Positions 32,209 to 43,303 of a stretch of 64,000 nt of DNA are shown one piece after another. The DNA is from an uncultured Alphaproteobacteria bacterium (GTDB lineage Bacteria; Pseudomonadota; Alphaproteobacteria; HIMB59; GCA-002718135). The first letter of the stretch is position 1; each line of letters starts with the position of its first letter. The stretch is taken from contig CACBDX010000002.1 of NCBI GenBank assembly GCA_902538155.1, forward strand, positions 2,427 through 66,426, read 5' to 3'. The position numbers and the translations under genes were made by a program. The notes beneath the pieces were generated by a model. The model saw only the letters and a list, made by a program, of their open reading frames with translations, did no database searches and had not been told where the DNA came from.

Positions 32209-34656
32209 ATGAGTAATAAAATTCCTACTTCTGCAAAAGTAGTTGTAATAGGCGGTGGTATAGCTGGATGTTCTGTAGCTTATCATTTAGCAAAATTTGG
32301 ATGGAAAGATGTGATCTTGCTAGAAAGAGATCAATTAACTTCTGGAACCACTTGGCATGCAGCAGGACTTATTGGTCAGATTGGTGCATCAGCAACCATT
32401 ACAAAACTTAGAAATTATTCGTTAAATTTATATAAAGACCTGGAAAAAGAAACAGGATTAGCAACAGGTTTAAAGCAAAACGGCTCTTTAACTATTGCAA
32501 CAACTAATGATCGATTAGAGGAATTAAAAAGGCAAGCTACTTTTGCACAAAGATTTAATATAGAAGTTAATGAATTAGACGAAAATCAAATTAAGGATAT
32601 TTATTCTCTTATAAATACTGATGACGTTGTTGGTGGGATATTTATTCCAAAAGATGGTCAAGCAGATCCTGTTGGCATAACAAATGTTCTTGCTAAATCG
32701 GCAAAAATGTATGGAGCTCAAATATTTGAACATTGTTCTGTAAATAAAATCCTTACTAAAAATGGATCAATAGAAGGTGTAGATACAAAACATGGAAAAA
32801 TTAAATGTGAGTATATTGTTCTAACATCTGGAATGTGGTCTAGGCAGATAGCAAATGATATTAACGTTAGTATACCGCTATATCCAAATGAACACTTCTA
32901 TATATTAAGTGAGCCATTAAAAGAAATTTCTAAATCACTTCCAGTTCTTAGAGATTACAATAATTGCTTATATCTAAAAGAGGATGCGGGAAAAATTTTA
33001 GTAGGAATTTTTGAGCCTAAAGCTAAACCTGCATTTACTGATACGTATAAAGTACCCAATGATTTTTCTTTTGGAGAATTACCTGAAGATTTTGATCATT
33101 TTGAACCACATTTAAAAAATGCTATGAAAAGAATACCAGCACTTGAAAATGTAGGTATAAGAAAATTCTTTAACGGTCCTGAAGCTTTTACTCCAGATAC
33201 AAATTATCTATTAGGAGAAACACCAGAAGTAAAAAACTTTTATGTTTGTTGTGGATTTAATAGTATTGGTATTCAGAGTGCTGGTGGTGCAGGTAAGGTA
33301 ACTGCAGAGTGGATGATGAACGGTGAGGTTAATGAGGATCTTTACTCATTAGATATTTCAAGATTTGAAAAATTTCACTCTGAGACAAAATTTATAACTG
33401 AAAGAGTTACTGAATCACTAGGAGATTTATATGCAATGCACTGGCCTTACAAACAACATAAATCTTCGAGAAATATTAAACTACTTCCTTTTCATAATGA
33501 TTTGAAAAAAGAAGGGGCATGCTTTGGTCAAGTGGCCGGTTTTGAAAGACCAATGTGGTATGCTATAAATGGTAAGAAACCAGAATATGAGTATAGTTAT
33601 GGTTATCAAAATTGGTATGATGCAGCAAAGTATGAAACAATAAACACAAGAAAAAACGCTGGTTTATTTGACTTAAGTGCCTTTGCAAAATTTGAAATTA
33701 AGGGAGACACTGCCTTCGACGATCTTCAACGATTATGCTGTAATAATATTAAAAATTACCCTGGTAATACAACTTACACGCAAATGCTTAATTCAAATGG
33801 TGGCATTATTGCCGATTTAACAGTTACTTGTATTGATACTAATTCTTTTCGTATTGTAACGGGTTCATCTGTGAGAGCACATGATAAAAAACATATTTTA
33901 AAAAATTTAAGTAAAAACACAACTTTAATTGATATCACTGAAAGTTTAGCTTGCTTTGGTATTTTTGGTCCTAAAAGTAGAGAAATTCTAACAGAAATAT
34001 TTGGAGAACATTTTTCAAACGAAAAGTTTAAATTTGCAACTGCTAAAGAAATATCACTGAAAAATAATAAATTAATCTTCCAAAGATTATCTTTTGTTGG
34101 TGAACTTGGTTGGGAAATTTATGTTCCTATAAATATATCTAGAGAAATTTATTTAGAGTTAGTTAAAGTTGGAGTAAAATATAACCTCTCACATGCTGGT
34201 GCGCATGCACTAGATATCATGAGAATGGAAAAGGGATATTTGCATTGGGGTCATGATATTTCTCCAGCTGAAAACCCTTTTGAAGCTGGATTAGAATTAA
34301 CTGTTAAATTAAATAAAAAAATAGATTTTATAGGTAAAGAAGCTTTAAAAACAAAAAATAGAATTAAAAAGAAACAACTAACAAATTTTGTTTTAGAAAA
34401 ATCTACGCCAGGAAATCCTCTCTTATTACATGATGAGCCTATTTATTATAAAAATAAAATTGTGGGAGAAACAACTTCTAGCAATTATTCATTTTGTTAT
34501 AATAAAAATATGGTCTTTGGATATATAGATTCAGAAATAGATTTAAAAAAATTAAATGGCAGCAATTTTGAAGTTGAAGTTGCTAAAAATAAATATGTTA
34601 TGTCTGTTCAATTTAATCCATTGCATGATCCTGAAAATAATTTTACAAAAATATAG
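32209..34656 (+). CDS. GcvT-family FAD oxidoreductase (sarcosine/dimethylglycine dehydrogenase-like)
   Basis: GGGIAG, SGTTWHAAG, GPEAFTPD, GELGWE, RMEKG; 815 aa. Confidence 0.88.
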   Translation: MSNKIPTSAKVVVIGGGIAGCSVAYHLAKFGWKDVILLERDQLTSGTTWHAAGLIGQIGASATITKLRNYSLNLYKDLEKETGLATGLKQNGSLTIATTNDRLEELKRQATFAQRFNIEVNELDENQIKDIYSLINTDDVVGGIFIPKDGQADPVGITNVLAKSAKMYGAQIFEHCSVNKILTKNGSIEGVDTKHGKIKCEYIVLTSGMWSRQIANDINVSIPLYPNEHFYILSEPLKEISKSLPVLRDYNNCLYLKEDAGKILVGIFEPKAKPAFTDTYKVPNDFSFGELPEDFDHFEPHLKNAMKRIPALENVGIRKFFNGPEAFTPDTNYLLGETPEVKNFYVCCGFNSIGIQSAGGAGKVTAEWMMNGEVNEDLYSLDISRFEKFHSETKFITERVTESLGDLYAMHWPYKQHKSSRNIKLLPFHNDLKKEGACFGQVAGFERPMWYAINGKKPEYEYSYGYQNWYDAAKYETINTRKNAGLFDLSAFAKFEIKGDTAFDDLQRLCCNNIKNYPGNTTYTQMLNSNGGIIADLTVTCIDTNSFRIVTGSSVRAHDKKHILKNLSKNTTLIDITESLACFGIFGPKSREILTEIFGEHFSNEKFKFATAKEISLKNNKLIFQRLSFVGELGWEIYVPINISREIYLELVKVGVKYNLSHAGAHALDIMRMEKGYLHWGHDISPAENPFEAGLELTVKLNKKIDFIGKEALKTKNRIKKKQLTNFVLEKSTPGNPLLLHDEPIYYKNKIVGETTSSNYSFCYNKNMVFGYIDSEIDLKKLNGSNFEVEVAKNKYVMSVQFNPLHDPENNFTKI

Positions 34657-34674
34657 TTTTTTACGATCTAATTT

Positions 34675-35553
34675 ATGAAAAAAATTAGATTATTTTTTTC
34701 TATATTAGTAATTATACTAATAATTTTATCTATCTTTATTTATATTTTTCTAAATAATTTTGAAAAAGAACTAATAATTAGCGATATCGAGAAGAAATTA
34801 GAAATTAAAATTAATGAAAAAAACAAAACTAAAATCAGTATTTTTCCAATTGTAAAGCTTAACACAAACTTAGAAATTAAAGATTACAAAAATAATTTAT
34901 ACTTTGATAATATTAGAATTGATATTTCTCAGCCCGTATTTCAAGTTTCAGGAAATTTAGATGTTCTAATTGATAATTTGAATATTAATAATATTAATTT
35001 TAGTGAAGTAAATATTAATGGAAAAGTAAATTATATTGAAAATTATCTTAAATATAGTGATAATTTAGAAAATTTATTTAACTCAATTTATAAAATTAAT
35101 GGAAAAATATCTTTAGAAACAACTAATGAAGAAAAATTTCTTATTTCATTTTTAAAATTATTCTTTGAAAAATTAGAAAATCAAAAAAATCAAAAATTTG
35201 CATTTTCTGAATTAATAAATGCTTTTGGCAATGAAAGTTCTAATTTTAAAGGCGAAATAAATAAAAATAAAAATATTTTAGAAACTAGCAAAATAGAAAT
35301 TAGTAATAAAAACAACAGAATTCTTATAAAAGGAGAATACAATTACAGTAATAATTTTATAGATATTATTTTAACCTTATCTCAAAATAGTGAAATATAT
35401 TTAACTACTTTGATTAAAGGAAACTTAAATAATCCTAATATAAGTTTTGATAAAAATTCAAAATTTTTTCAAAATTCAAACTCAAATGAAAATAATATAA
35501 TTGAAGAAAGCGTCATTCAATTTTTAAATAATTTTTTTGACTTAAATGATTGA
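34675..35553 (+). CDS. Hypothetical membrane-anchored protein, possibly reduced AsmA-like
   Basis: N-terminal TM helix, beta-rich N/I/K-biased body, C-terminal IKGNLNNP. Confidence 0.5.
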   Translation: MKKIRLFFSILVIILIILSIFIYIFLNNFEKELIISDIEKKLEIKINEKNKTKISIFPIVKLNTNLEIKDYKNNLYFDNIRIDISQPVFQVSGNLDVLIDNLNINNINFSEVNINGKVNYIENYLKYSDNLENLFNSIYKINGKISLETTNEEKFLISFLKLFFEKLENQKNQKFAFSELINAFGNESSNFKGEINKNKNILETSKIEISNKNNRILIKGEYNYSNNFIDIILTLSQNSEIYLTTLIKGNLNNPNISFDKNSKFFQNSNSNENNIIEESVIQFLNNFFDLND

Positions 35554-36484
35554 CATATTAAATATAGTTAGCAGTGTATTTGGATATATCCTTTTTGGAT
35601 TTTTTGTAAATAAATTACAAATACTTCCAAAAAAATATATTGATTATTTTGATTTTACAGGTTTCAACATTCTTTTACCCCTATCTTTAATTATATATTT
35701 TTGGCAAGTCTCATTTCCTCAAATTAATTCTATTGGCCTGATCATCTCATTTTTTGCTTCAGGAATTTTTATATCCATGGCTGGATTTTTAATTAGCAAA
35801 CAATTTTTAAATTTTAAAACAGATGACTCTGCACTTTTTGGATTAGCTGCTTGTTTTGGTAACACAGTAGCAATGGGAATACCTCTTATGTATGCAGTTT
35901 TGGGTCCAATAAATACAATTCCTTATATGATATTAGTTTTTTTTCATGGTATTGTTCATTTTAGCTATACTGTTATTATAATAGAAGTTTATAGAAATAG
36001 ACAAAAAAGCTTTTTCGAAATTTTTTATCAAATATTATTAGGTATAATTAAAAATATTGTACTTTTTGGAATGATAATTGGTTTCATTCTTAATTACTCT
36101 AATCTTATTGTTCCATCTATTATTAAAGAGCCCTTAGATATTTTTGTAAACCTTGCTCTTCCAATGGTTCTCATTTCTTTAGGTCTTGCATTAGGAAATT
36201 TTAAAATTAGAGAAAATATTTATGGCGCAATACTATTAACTATCTTAAAAAATTTTATTCACCCTATAATTGCATTTAGTTTAGCAAATTTTATACTAGA
36301 GCTTGATAATCTCTTGGTAATTATTGTTACTATGGCCGCAGCTTTACCAAGTGGGTCTCAGTCATATTATTTTGCATACAGATATAACTCACTAAAGGCA
36401 GTAGTTTCTTCAAATGTAGTATTAAGTACGTTTGTTAGTTTTTTTACACTGTCTTTATTATTAGTATTTTTTGATATTACGTAG
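35546..36484 (+). CDS. AEC (auxin efflux carrier) family transporter
   Basis: About 10 TM helices, FGNT.AMGIP, AALP motifs. Confidence 0.82.
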   Translation: MIDILNIVSSVFGYILFGFFVNKLQILPKKYIDYFDFTGFNILLPLSLIIYFWQVSFPQINSIGLIISFFASGIFISMAGFLISKQFLNFKTDDSALFGLAACFGNTVAMGIPLMYAVLGPINTIPYMILVFFHGIVHFSYTVIIIEVYRNRQKSFFEIFYQILLGIIKNIVLFGMIIGFILNYSNLIVPSIIKEPLDIFVNLALPMVLISLGLALGNFKIRENIYGAILLTILKNFIHPIIAFSLANFILELDNLLVIIVTMAAALPSGSQSYYFAYRYNSLKAVVSSNVVLSTFVSFFTLSLLLVFFDIT

Positions 36485-37031
36485 ATTGAGAAATAAACGA
36501 TTGTATTCTCTCTTTTTTATCCATAGTTTTTACACTAAAAGGAAAAATCTCTAACATCTTGTCATATACATCAATTGCCTGTTGAAACTGACCCTGATGA
36601 ATAAAAATTAAACCCATTCCATCTAGGGCACCAAAATGTCTTGGTTCTAATTCAAGAGTTTTAATGATGTCTTGCATAGATTGATCAAAATTACCCATCA
36701 TAAAGTGAACTGTAGCTCTTTTATTCCAACCTTCAGCAAAATTAGGATCTTCTTCAATTAAATTATTAAAAAATCTAATTGCTAGTGGATAATTTCTTAA
36801 ATTCATAGCTTGGATACCCTTCTCAAAATATTCAATTACTTTTGGATCATCAACTTCATACCATATATTCCAAATGTCAGATATCAAATCTCTTATCTCA
36901 TCCTGATTTTCAGTCTCATTTAATTTTTTAAACAAATTATTTAGCCGTGGATCATTTTGATCTGCTAATGCTATCTTACTAGCAAACAAAAGACTTATAC
37001 TGACAATTAATATTTTAAAGATAACTCTCAT
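36477..37031 (-). CDS. Exported TPR protein
   Basis: Signal peptide from ATG 37031; AEGWNKRAT…LEPRHFGAL. Confidence 0.82.
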   Translation of the reverse strand: MRVIFKILIVSISLLFASKIALADQNDPRLNNLFKKLNETENQDEIRDLISDIWNIWYEVDDPKVIEYFEKGIQAMNLRNYPLAIRFFNNLIEEDPNFAEGWNKRATVHFMMGNFDQSMQDIIKTLELEPRHFGALDGMGLIFIHQGQFQQAIDVYDKMLEIFPFSVKTMDKKERIQSFISQST

Positions 37032-37248
37032 ATTTAAATGATTTTTCGGATAGATTTCTTTTCTTTTCATGCTTTCTCGTTCTCCCTGTTACTCTAGTTC
37101 TCCATAACTTAAATGATCTTGCTTTCAGATTTGTTCTCATTATTTTTATAACCTCTGATTCGGTTACACCGTGAATTCTTTTTATTTTTTCAAAAGAGGT
37201 TTTATCACACCAGGCTAATTTAATAATATTATCTATATTCTCCTGCAT
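37015..37248 (-). CDS. TIGR03643/DUF2805 family small protein
   Basis: AWCDKTSFE.I…ESEVIKIMR..LK..SFKLWR.RV.GR. Confidence 0.8.
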   Translation of the reverse strand: MQENIDNIIKLAWCDKTSFEKIKRIHGVTESEVIKIMRTNLKARSFKLWRTRVTGRTRKHEKKRNLSEKSFKYESYL

Positions 37249-37288
37249 AATATGAATATAGTTCTCTATTAATTAAATTCTAAAAAAA

Positions 37289-37912
37289 ATGATTGATTTG
37301 TATTCATCACCCACGCCTAATGGTCGAAAAATTAGCATTATGCTTGAAGAATTAGGTGTAGATTTTAACCCTATTTTAATAAATTTAGATAAAAAAGAGC
37401 AGTTTAGTGAAGAGTTTTCAAAAATATCTCCTGCAAATAAAATTCCTGTAATTGTAGATAATGATAATAACCAAACAGTATTCGAATCCGGGGCTATCCT
37501 TCTTTATCTGGCAAAAAAATATGATAAATTTCTTAATAAAGATAAGTATTGGGAAATAATACAATGGGTTTTTTTTCAAATGGCTTACGTTGGGCCAATG
37601 CTAGGCCAGGCTCATCAATATTTATTTTATCATCCTGGTAAAAGCAAATTTGCAGAGGATAAAACAAAAGGCTATGCACAGCATATATATTCAATTTTAG
37701 ACAAAAGGCTTTCTAAACAAGAATATTTTTCGGATACCTATTCAATAGCTGATATTTCAATTTGGCCTTGGACCGCTCGTTATGAAAGACATCAAATAAA
37801 TTTGCATGATTATCCAAATGTGTTGAGATGGTATAAACAAATATCAATAAGACCTGCTGTTATTAAAGGGTATAATTCTCTAGGTGAATTTTATGAAATT
37901 CCTAAGCCTTAA
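37289..37912 (+). CDS. Glutathione S-transferase (YfcG/Nu-class-like)
   Basis: TPNG.K, KIP, FESGAIL, SIADI..WPW. Confidence 0.9.
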   Translation: MIDLYSSPTPNGRKISIMLEELGVDFNPILINLDKKEQFSEEFSKISPANKIPVIVDNDNNQTVFESGAILLYLAKKYDKFLNKDKYWEIIQWVFFQMAYVGPMLGQAHQYLFYHPGKSKFAEDKTKGYAQHIYSILDKRLSKQEYFSDTYSIADISIWPWTARYERHQINLHDYPNVLRWYKQISIRPAVIKGYNSLGEFYEIPKP

Positions 37913-38517
37913 GCGTTGTAAAATAAAACTGAGCCTGCGGTTATAATTAAAAGGATTGCTAAAAACCATTCAACAATTATTTTTAATTTTTCATTATTAA
38001 GATATTGTCTGATAACACTTCCTCCATATGCCCATATACTTATAGAAGGAATATTTACTACTGTAGACATAATGACCATAAATAGTGTTCCAATTATTAT
38101 ATTTTCATCTTTTGGATAATATAATGTTACTGCAGTTGAGCAGATTACCCAAGCTTTTGGATTTACAAATTGAAACAAAATTGCTTCATGATATTTTAAT
38201 GGTCTTGATCTATCTTCAGTCTTTGAAATATTTAAAGACCCAAACATTTTGTATGCTAAATAAAGAATGTAGCCTGCGCCAACATATCTTAAAATGTCAT
38301 AGAGTATAGGATAGGTAATAAACAAAGATCCAAGACCGAGACATACAAGTGCTAATTGCAAACCATGACCAGAAGGAATGCCAAAAATATTAGGTATAGA
38401 TCTTATAAATCCAAATTTTATACCTGATGCAGTTAAAATACTATTATTTGGACCTGGAGTTACATACATAATAAAATTATACACTGCTAAAGCAGCTATT
38501 AATTCCCATGTAATCAT
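37909..38517 (-). CDS. LysE-family exporter
   Basis: TPGPNN, FQFVNPKAW. Confidence 0.88.
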   Translation of the reverse strand: MITWELIAALAVYNFIMYVTPGPNNSILTASGIKFGFIRSIPNIFGIPSGHGLQLALVCLGLGSLFITYPILYDILRYVGAGYILYLAYKMFGSLNISKTEDRSRPLKYHEAILFQFVNPKAWVICSTAVTLYYPKDENIIIGTLFMVIMSTVVNIPSISIWAYGGSVIRQYLNNEKLKIIVEWFLAILLIITAGSVLFYNA

Positions 38518-38519
38518 TT

Positions 38520-39005
38520 TTAATCTCTAAAATTTACAAATTGGACTGGTATACCTATCTTAGCATCCTCAATAAGCTTCATTACACTTTGTAAATCATC
38601 TTTTTTCTTTCCTTCAACACGAAGTTCATTCCCATTGATCTTTACTTGAACTTTTAATTTAGAACTTTTGATATCAGAAGTAATTTTTTTACACAGTGAT
38701 TGCTCAATTCCTTCTACTAATTCATACGTCTGACGAATTTTATTCCCCCCAGCTTTTTCCATATCATTTTTTTTTAAACATAAAGGATCAACTTTTCGTC
38801 TAACAAAATGAGTAACCAGCATGTCATTTACTTGACCAGCTTTCATTTCATCATCAGTAGTAACAACTATAGTATTTTCTTTTTTTTCAATTGAAGTTTC
38901 TGATCCTTTAAAATCGTACCTAGTAGTAATTTCTCTTGTAGCATTTCCTAATGCGTTATCAATTTCTTGATGATCTAATCTGTTTACAATATCAAAACTA
39001 GGCAT
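38520..39005 (-). CDS. yajQ: YajQ-family nucleotide/c-di-GMP-binding protein
   Basis: MPSFDIV…RYDFKG…KKDDLQ…QFVNFRD. Confidence 0.93.
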   Translation of the reverse strand: MPSFDIVNRLDHQEIDNALGNATREITTRYDFKGSETSIEKKENTIVVTTDDEMKAGQVNDMLVTHFVRRKVDPLCLKKNDMEKAGGNKIRQTYELVEGIEQSLCKKITSDIKSSKLKVQVKINGNELRVEGKKKDDLQSVMKLIEDAKIGIPVQFVNFRD

Positions 39006-39009
39006 TTAT

Positions 39010-39972
39010 TTAGTTTATTACATCGTCATTTATATCTGGCAACTGTTTTTTAGTGCTTAATCTTCCTAATTTTTTCATCTTTTCTACTTTTTTAGTCAAA
39101 CTTCCTGAACCATCTTGCAATCTTTGTTTAGCTTCATCCATTTTTGATTTAGCTAAATCTATTGACTGATTAGCTTTTACAAACGACTCATATACACTGA
39201 CTGTTTTATCATAAATATCTGATGCAGCTGATGCTATATCTTTTATTGTTTTAGATTGTTTATCAACCCGCCACATATTTTCTACAGCTTTAAGTAAAAA
39301 AGGTAAAGTTGATGGCCCAACAATAATTATTCTATTGTTCCATGAATCTTCTATAAGTTTATTTGCCTCATTATATAAAGTAAGTAGTGCTGGCTCTATT
39401 GGAACAAACATTAAAACATTATCAATTGTATTGATTCCATATATTTTTGAATAATTATCTTTACTCAAACTTCTAATCGAAGTTTTTGTTGAATCCAAAA
39501 ATTTTTTCAAAAATATCTTCTTTTGTTGATTATCATTTGTATTAGAATAATCATGCCAAGAAACTAAGGACACTTTTGAATCTATAATTATATGTCTATT
39601 ACCTGGCATATGAACAATTACATCGGGTTTTTGTAAATTGCCATCTTCATCTCTAAAAGTTTTTTGAGTTGAGTACTCTTCTCCTTCTCTTAAACCAACA
39701 CTATCTAAAATATTTTTAAGTACAAATTCTCCCCAAGGACCTTGTTGAAGCGCACCACCTCTAATTAATGTATTTTCAATTCTATCTTGAGCTAAATTAA
39801 AATTTTGTAAAGATTGCTGAATTGATTGCATGTGATTTTTTAAGGAAGTAAGATCAGTATCATCTTTTATTTCAGAACTTTTAGGTTTGCGAAGAAAAAA
39901 TAAAATTGCTAAAAAACCAACTCCAGATAAAAAACCAATAATGAAAACAAATATAAGATTTTCAAACATCAC
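39010..39972 (-). CDS. rmuC: DNA recombination protein RmuC
   Basis: G.WGE..L, PDVIV.MP, IIDSK, MFVPIE, PSTL. Confidence 0.88.
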   Translation of the reverse strand: MMFENLIFVFIIGFLSGVGFLAILFFLRKPKSSEIKDDTDLTSLKNHMQSIQQSLQNFNLAQDRIENTLIRGGALQQGPWGEFVLKNILDSVGLREGEEYSTQKTFRDEDGNLQKPDVIVHMPGNRHIIIDSKVSLVSWHDYSNTNDNQQKKIFLKKFLDSTKTSIRSLSKDNYSKIYGINTIDNVLMFVPIEPALLTLYNEANKLIEDSWNNRIIIVGPSTLPFLLKAVENMWRVDKQSKTIKDIASAASDIYDKTVSVYESFVKANQSIDLAKSKMDEAKQRLQDGSGSLTKKVEKMKKLGRLSTKKQLPDINDDVIN

Positions 39973-39975
39973 TAT

Positions 39976-40392
39976 TTAGATAAGATATAAATATATTATC
40001 AAATATCTAGCAATTTTCCCAATAGATACAAATATTAAAAAAAAAGTAATATTATATTTTACTGTACCTGCTGCAAATGCGATTGGATCTCCAATAATAG
40101 GTACCCATGAAAATAATAATGACCATTTTCCATACTTTTTGAAAATATCTGTACCTTTCTGTAATAAGTATTTATTTACTGGAAACCAAGGTTTCTTAAT
40201 AAGAAAATTTACAAAGTAACCACATATCCAACTGATTAGAGATCCTAAAATATTACCTGCTGAAGCAAAAAATAATAATAAAAATGGATTATACTTATTA
40301 GATAATAATAGTGCTGATAAATATGCCTCTGAAGCAAAAGGGAAAAAAGTACCTAAAGACAAACAAAAAATAAATAATGATGAATAGATCAA
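39976..40392 (-). CDS. YqaA/DedA (VTT) membrane protein
   Basis: ASE, GN.LGS, W.PIIGDP, GK.ARY. Confidence 0.85.
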   Translation of the reverse strand: MIYSSLFIFCLSLGTFFPFASEAYLSALLLSNKYNPFLLLFFASAGNILGSLISWICGYFVNFLIKKPWFPVNKYLLQKGTDIFKKYGKWSLLFSWVPIIGDPIAFAAGTVKYNITFFLIFVSIGKIARYLIIYLYLI

Positions 40393-40441
40393 AGTATTTC
40401 TTATTGTTAATTTATGTTATTGTTATGCTACTTATCAATTT

Positions 40442-41584
40442 ATGAACGATTTTCCAAAAGAAGAATTTATTTCCAGAATTGAAAAAATACAAATATATAT
40501 TGAAAAAGAAAATATTGATGCTGTTATTATAACTTCACCGTCAAATTTTAGATATTTCACTGGACTTGATAGTAATTTTTGGGAAAGTCCTACAAGACCG
40601 TGGTATTTAATTATTTCAAAAAAAAATCCAATAAAAGCTATAATACCATCTATTGGTATTACAGCTATGCAAGAAACATTAGTCAATGATATCGAAACTT
40701 GGGAATCTCCAAATCCAAAAGATGAAGGAATAACTTTATTGAAAAAAAATATTAGAAGTTTTCCTAAAAGTTCAAATATTGGATTTGAATTAGGAAATGA
40801 AACTTTTTTGCGAATGAGTATTAACGATTATCAAGATATTAAAAAAAATTTATCAGAATATAATTTTGTTGATGCTAGTAAAATACTTTGGAGTATAAGA
40901 AAAATAAAATCTGAAATTGAGATCAATAATATTAAAGAAATTTGTTCTATTACAAGTAAGGTATTTGATGATTTTCCTCAAAAAATTAATTTAGGAATGA
41001 GTGAAAAAGAAATTGCATCAATATTTAAAAAAGAATTAATTGAAAGTGGTGCAGATTATATTCAATACATGGCGTGTGCTTCGGGATTTAATGGTTATAA
41101 TCAGATTATCTGTAACCCAACAGAAAGGGTAACTAAAGATGGTGATATTCTAATTATTGATACCGGTGCAACTTTAAATGGTTATTTTTCAGATTTTGAT
41201 AGGAATTTTGGCTTTGGAAAAATTCACAAGCAAGTTTTAGATGCATATAATAAATTGTGGGAAGCAACTGAGAGAACTTTAGAAATTATAAAACCTGGAA
41301 TTAGTTGTTCAGAAATATATTCTAAATTATCTCATAGTTTAACAAATAACAACATATCAGTTGGAAGGATGGGTCATGGTTTAGGCTTACAACTTACTGA
41401 ACCACCAAGTATTATGAAAAATGACAAAACATTACTTGAAGAAAAAATGATTATAACTCTTGAACCATCAATTGAAATGGACGAAAATAGAATATTAGTA
41501 CAAGAGGAAAATTTATTAATAACTAAAGATTCCTATAAACTTTTGAGTACTAGAACTCCTGAAAATTTACCTATTATTAATTAA
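40442..41584 (+). CDS. M24B Xaa-Pro peptidase/creatinase-like hydrolase
   Basis: DTGA…SDFDR, GHGLG, LEP, EEN metal ligands. Confidence 0.85.
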   Translation: MNDFPKEEFISRIEKIQIYIEKENIDAVIITSPSNFRYFTGLDSNFWESPTRPWYLIISKKNPIKAIIPSIGITAMQETLVNDIETWESPNPKDEGITLLKKNIRSFPKSSNIGFELGNETFLRMSINDYQDIKKNLSEYNFVDASKILWSIRKIKSEIEINNIKEICSITSKVFDDFPQKINLGMSEKEIASIFKKELIESGADYIQYMACASGFNGYNQIICNPTERVTKDGDILIIDTGATLNGYFSDFDRNFGFGKIHKQVLDAYNKLWEATERTLEIIKPGISCSEIYSKLSHSLTNNNISVGRMGHGLGLQLTEPPSIMKNDKTLLEEKMIITLEPSIEMDENRILVQEENLLITKDSYKLLSTRTPENLPIIN

Positions 41585-43303
41585 TTAAATTATTGATTCA
41601 ATTTTAGGCATAAGTCTAATTAATTCCTTCGTATATTCATGCTCAGGATTATTAAATAATTCCTCTGTATTTTTTGTTTCACAAACAGCACCATTTTTTA
41701 GAACAATTATTCGGTTACACATTTGGCGAATTACAGGAAGATCATGGCTAATAAATAGCATAGTGAGATGAAGTTCATCTTGTATATCTTTTAATAAATT
41801 CAATATTTGTGCTTGTATACTGACATCCAATGCAGAAGTTGGTTCATCACATATTAATAATCGTGGTCTTGTTGCCAAGGCACGAGCAATAGATATTCTC
41901 TGCCTTTGCCCTCCTGAGAATTCATGTGGGTATCGTTCTAGAGATTGTCTGGTCATTCCAACAATATCTATTAAGTCATAAACATTTTGTAAAAGTTCGT
42001 TATTACTAATATTTTTTTGAAAAAATTTAATTGGTTCTGCAATAATATCCTTAACTTTGAAACGAGGATTTAGAGATGAGTAAGGATCTTGAAAAATCAT
42101 TTGAATTTGACCTCTACTATTATGAATTTGATATTTTTTATTTGAATTATATAAAGTTTCATTATTATAAATTAAATCACCTTTGTTAGGACTAATTAAT
42201 CCAGTAATAATCTTTGCAATGGTTGATTTACCTGAACCAGACTCCCCAACTAATCCAAGTGTCTCACCTTCAAATAATTCAAAAGATACATTGTCAACAG
42301 CTTTAACTATTTTATCATTTGAACTTTTATTAGAAATAAATGGAAAACCACTACCTAAAGAATTATCATCAAAAATTTTTGTCACTTCCTCAAGTTTTAA
42401 TAATTTTTCATTTTTATTTTCCCTTATTCCCCATGTTTTAATAATATTTTTAGTCAAATCCTTGGAACTAGATGTTATTTCCTTACCATCGGGGCTAATC
42501 AATTTAAATCTATTAATTTTCTTATTTGTTGGTGGCACTGAAATTACTAAGCTTCTTGCTTCTGTTGATTTTGGATTTGTTAATAATTCTTTAGTCTCAC
42601 CTTGTTCAACAATATGTCCATATCTCATGACAATAACTTTATCAGTCGTCTCTGCTATGACTCCCATATCATGGGTAATAATTATAACACCAAGATTTCT
42701 TTTCTTTGTAAGATCTTTGAGTAGTTCTAATATTTGATATTGAATACTTACATCTAAAGCTGTTGTTGGTTCATCTGCAATTATTAGGTCAGGTTCACAA
42801 CTTATCGCTAAAGCTATCACAACTCTTTGACGCATACCGCCACTAAATTGGTGTGGATAGTCCTCTATTCTTTTTTCAGCGTTCTCTATTCCAACCTCTT
42901 TAAGTAGTTGAATTGATTTTTTAAGTGAATCTTGATAACTTAAATTTAAATGAGCCTGAATAGTTTCAATTAATTGATCTTTTATTTTAAATAGAGGATT
43001 TAATGAAGTTTGAGGGTCTTGAAAGACAAATCCTATTTTTTTTCCTCTAATATTTTGAATTATTTCTTCATTACTTCTTAATTCAATATTGTCTATTTGT
43101 ATTGAGCCATCTGTGATTTCACCTGGAGGATCAATCAAATTAATTATTGCATTTGCAATTGTAGATTTTCCAGATCCAGACTCACCGACAATTCCTAATA
43201 TTTCACCTCTTTCTAAAGAAAATTCTACATTTTTACTTGCAACAATAGTTTCCTTGCGTGTTGGATAACTTATGTTTAAGTTTTTAACCTCTAAAAAACT
43301 CAT
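41585..43303 (-). CDS. Peptide/nickel ABC transporter, fused double ATPase
   Basis: Two GESGSGKS and SGG.RQR motifs; ATG 43303 overlaps the permease stop. Confidence 0.92.
   Translation of the reverse strand: MSFLEVKNLNISYPTRKETIVASKNVEFSLERGEILGIVGESGSGKSTIANAIINLIDPPGEITDGSIQIDNIELRSNEEIIQNIRGKKIGFVFQDPQTSLNPLFKIKDQLIETIQAHLNLSYQDSLKKSIQLLKEVGIENAEKRIEDYPHQFSGGMRQRVVIALAISCEPDLIIADEPTTALDVSIQYQILELLKDLTKKRNLGVIIITHDMGVIAETTDKVIVMRYGHIVEQGETKELLTNPKSTEARSLVISVPPTNKKINRFKLISPDGKEITSSSKDLTKNIIKTWGIRENKNEKLLKLEEVTKIFDDNSLGSGFPFISNKSSNDKIVKAVDNVSFELFEGETLGLVGESGSGKSTIAKIITGLISPNKGDLIYNNETLYNSNKKYQIHNSRGQIQMIFQDPYSSLNPRFKVKDIIAEPIKFFQKNISNNELLQNVYDLIDIVGMTRQSLERYPHEFSGGQRQRISIARALATRPRLLICDEPTSALDVSIQAQILNLLKDIQDELHLTMLFISHDLPVIRQMCNRIIVLKNGAVCETKNTEELFNNPEHEYTKELIRLMPKIESII

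Noticed and set aside
39010..39972. RmuC nuclease fold as a defence or mobile marker
   Set aside because: It is a widespread housekeeping gene, with no integrase, att sites or compositional shift nearby.
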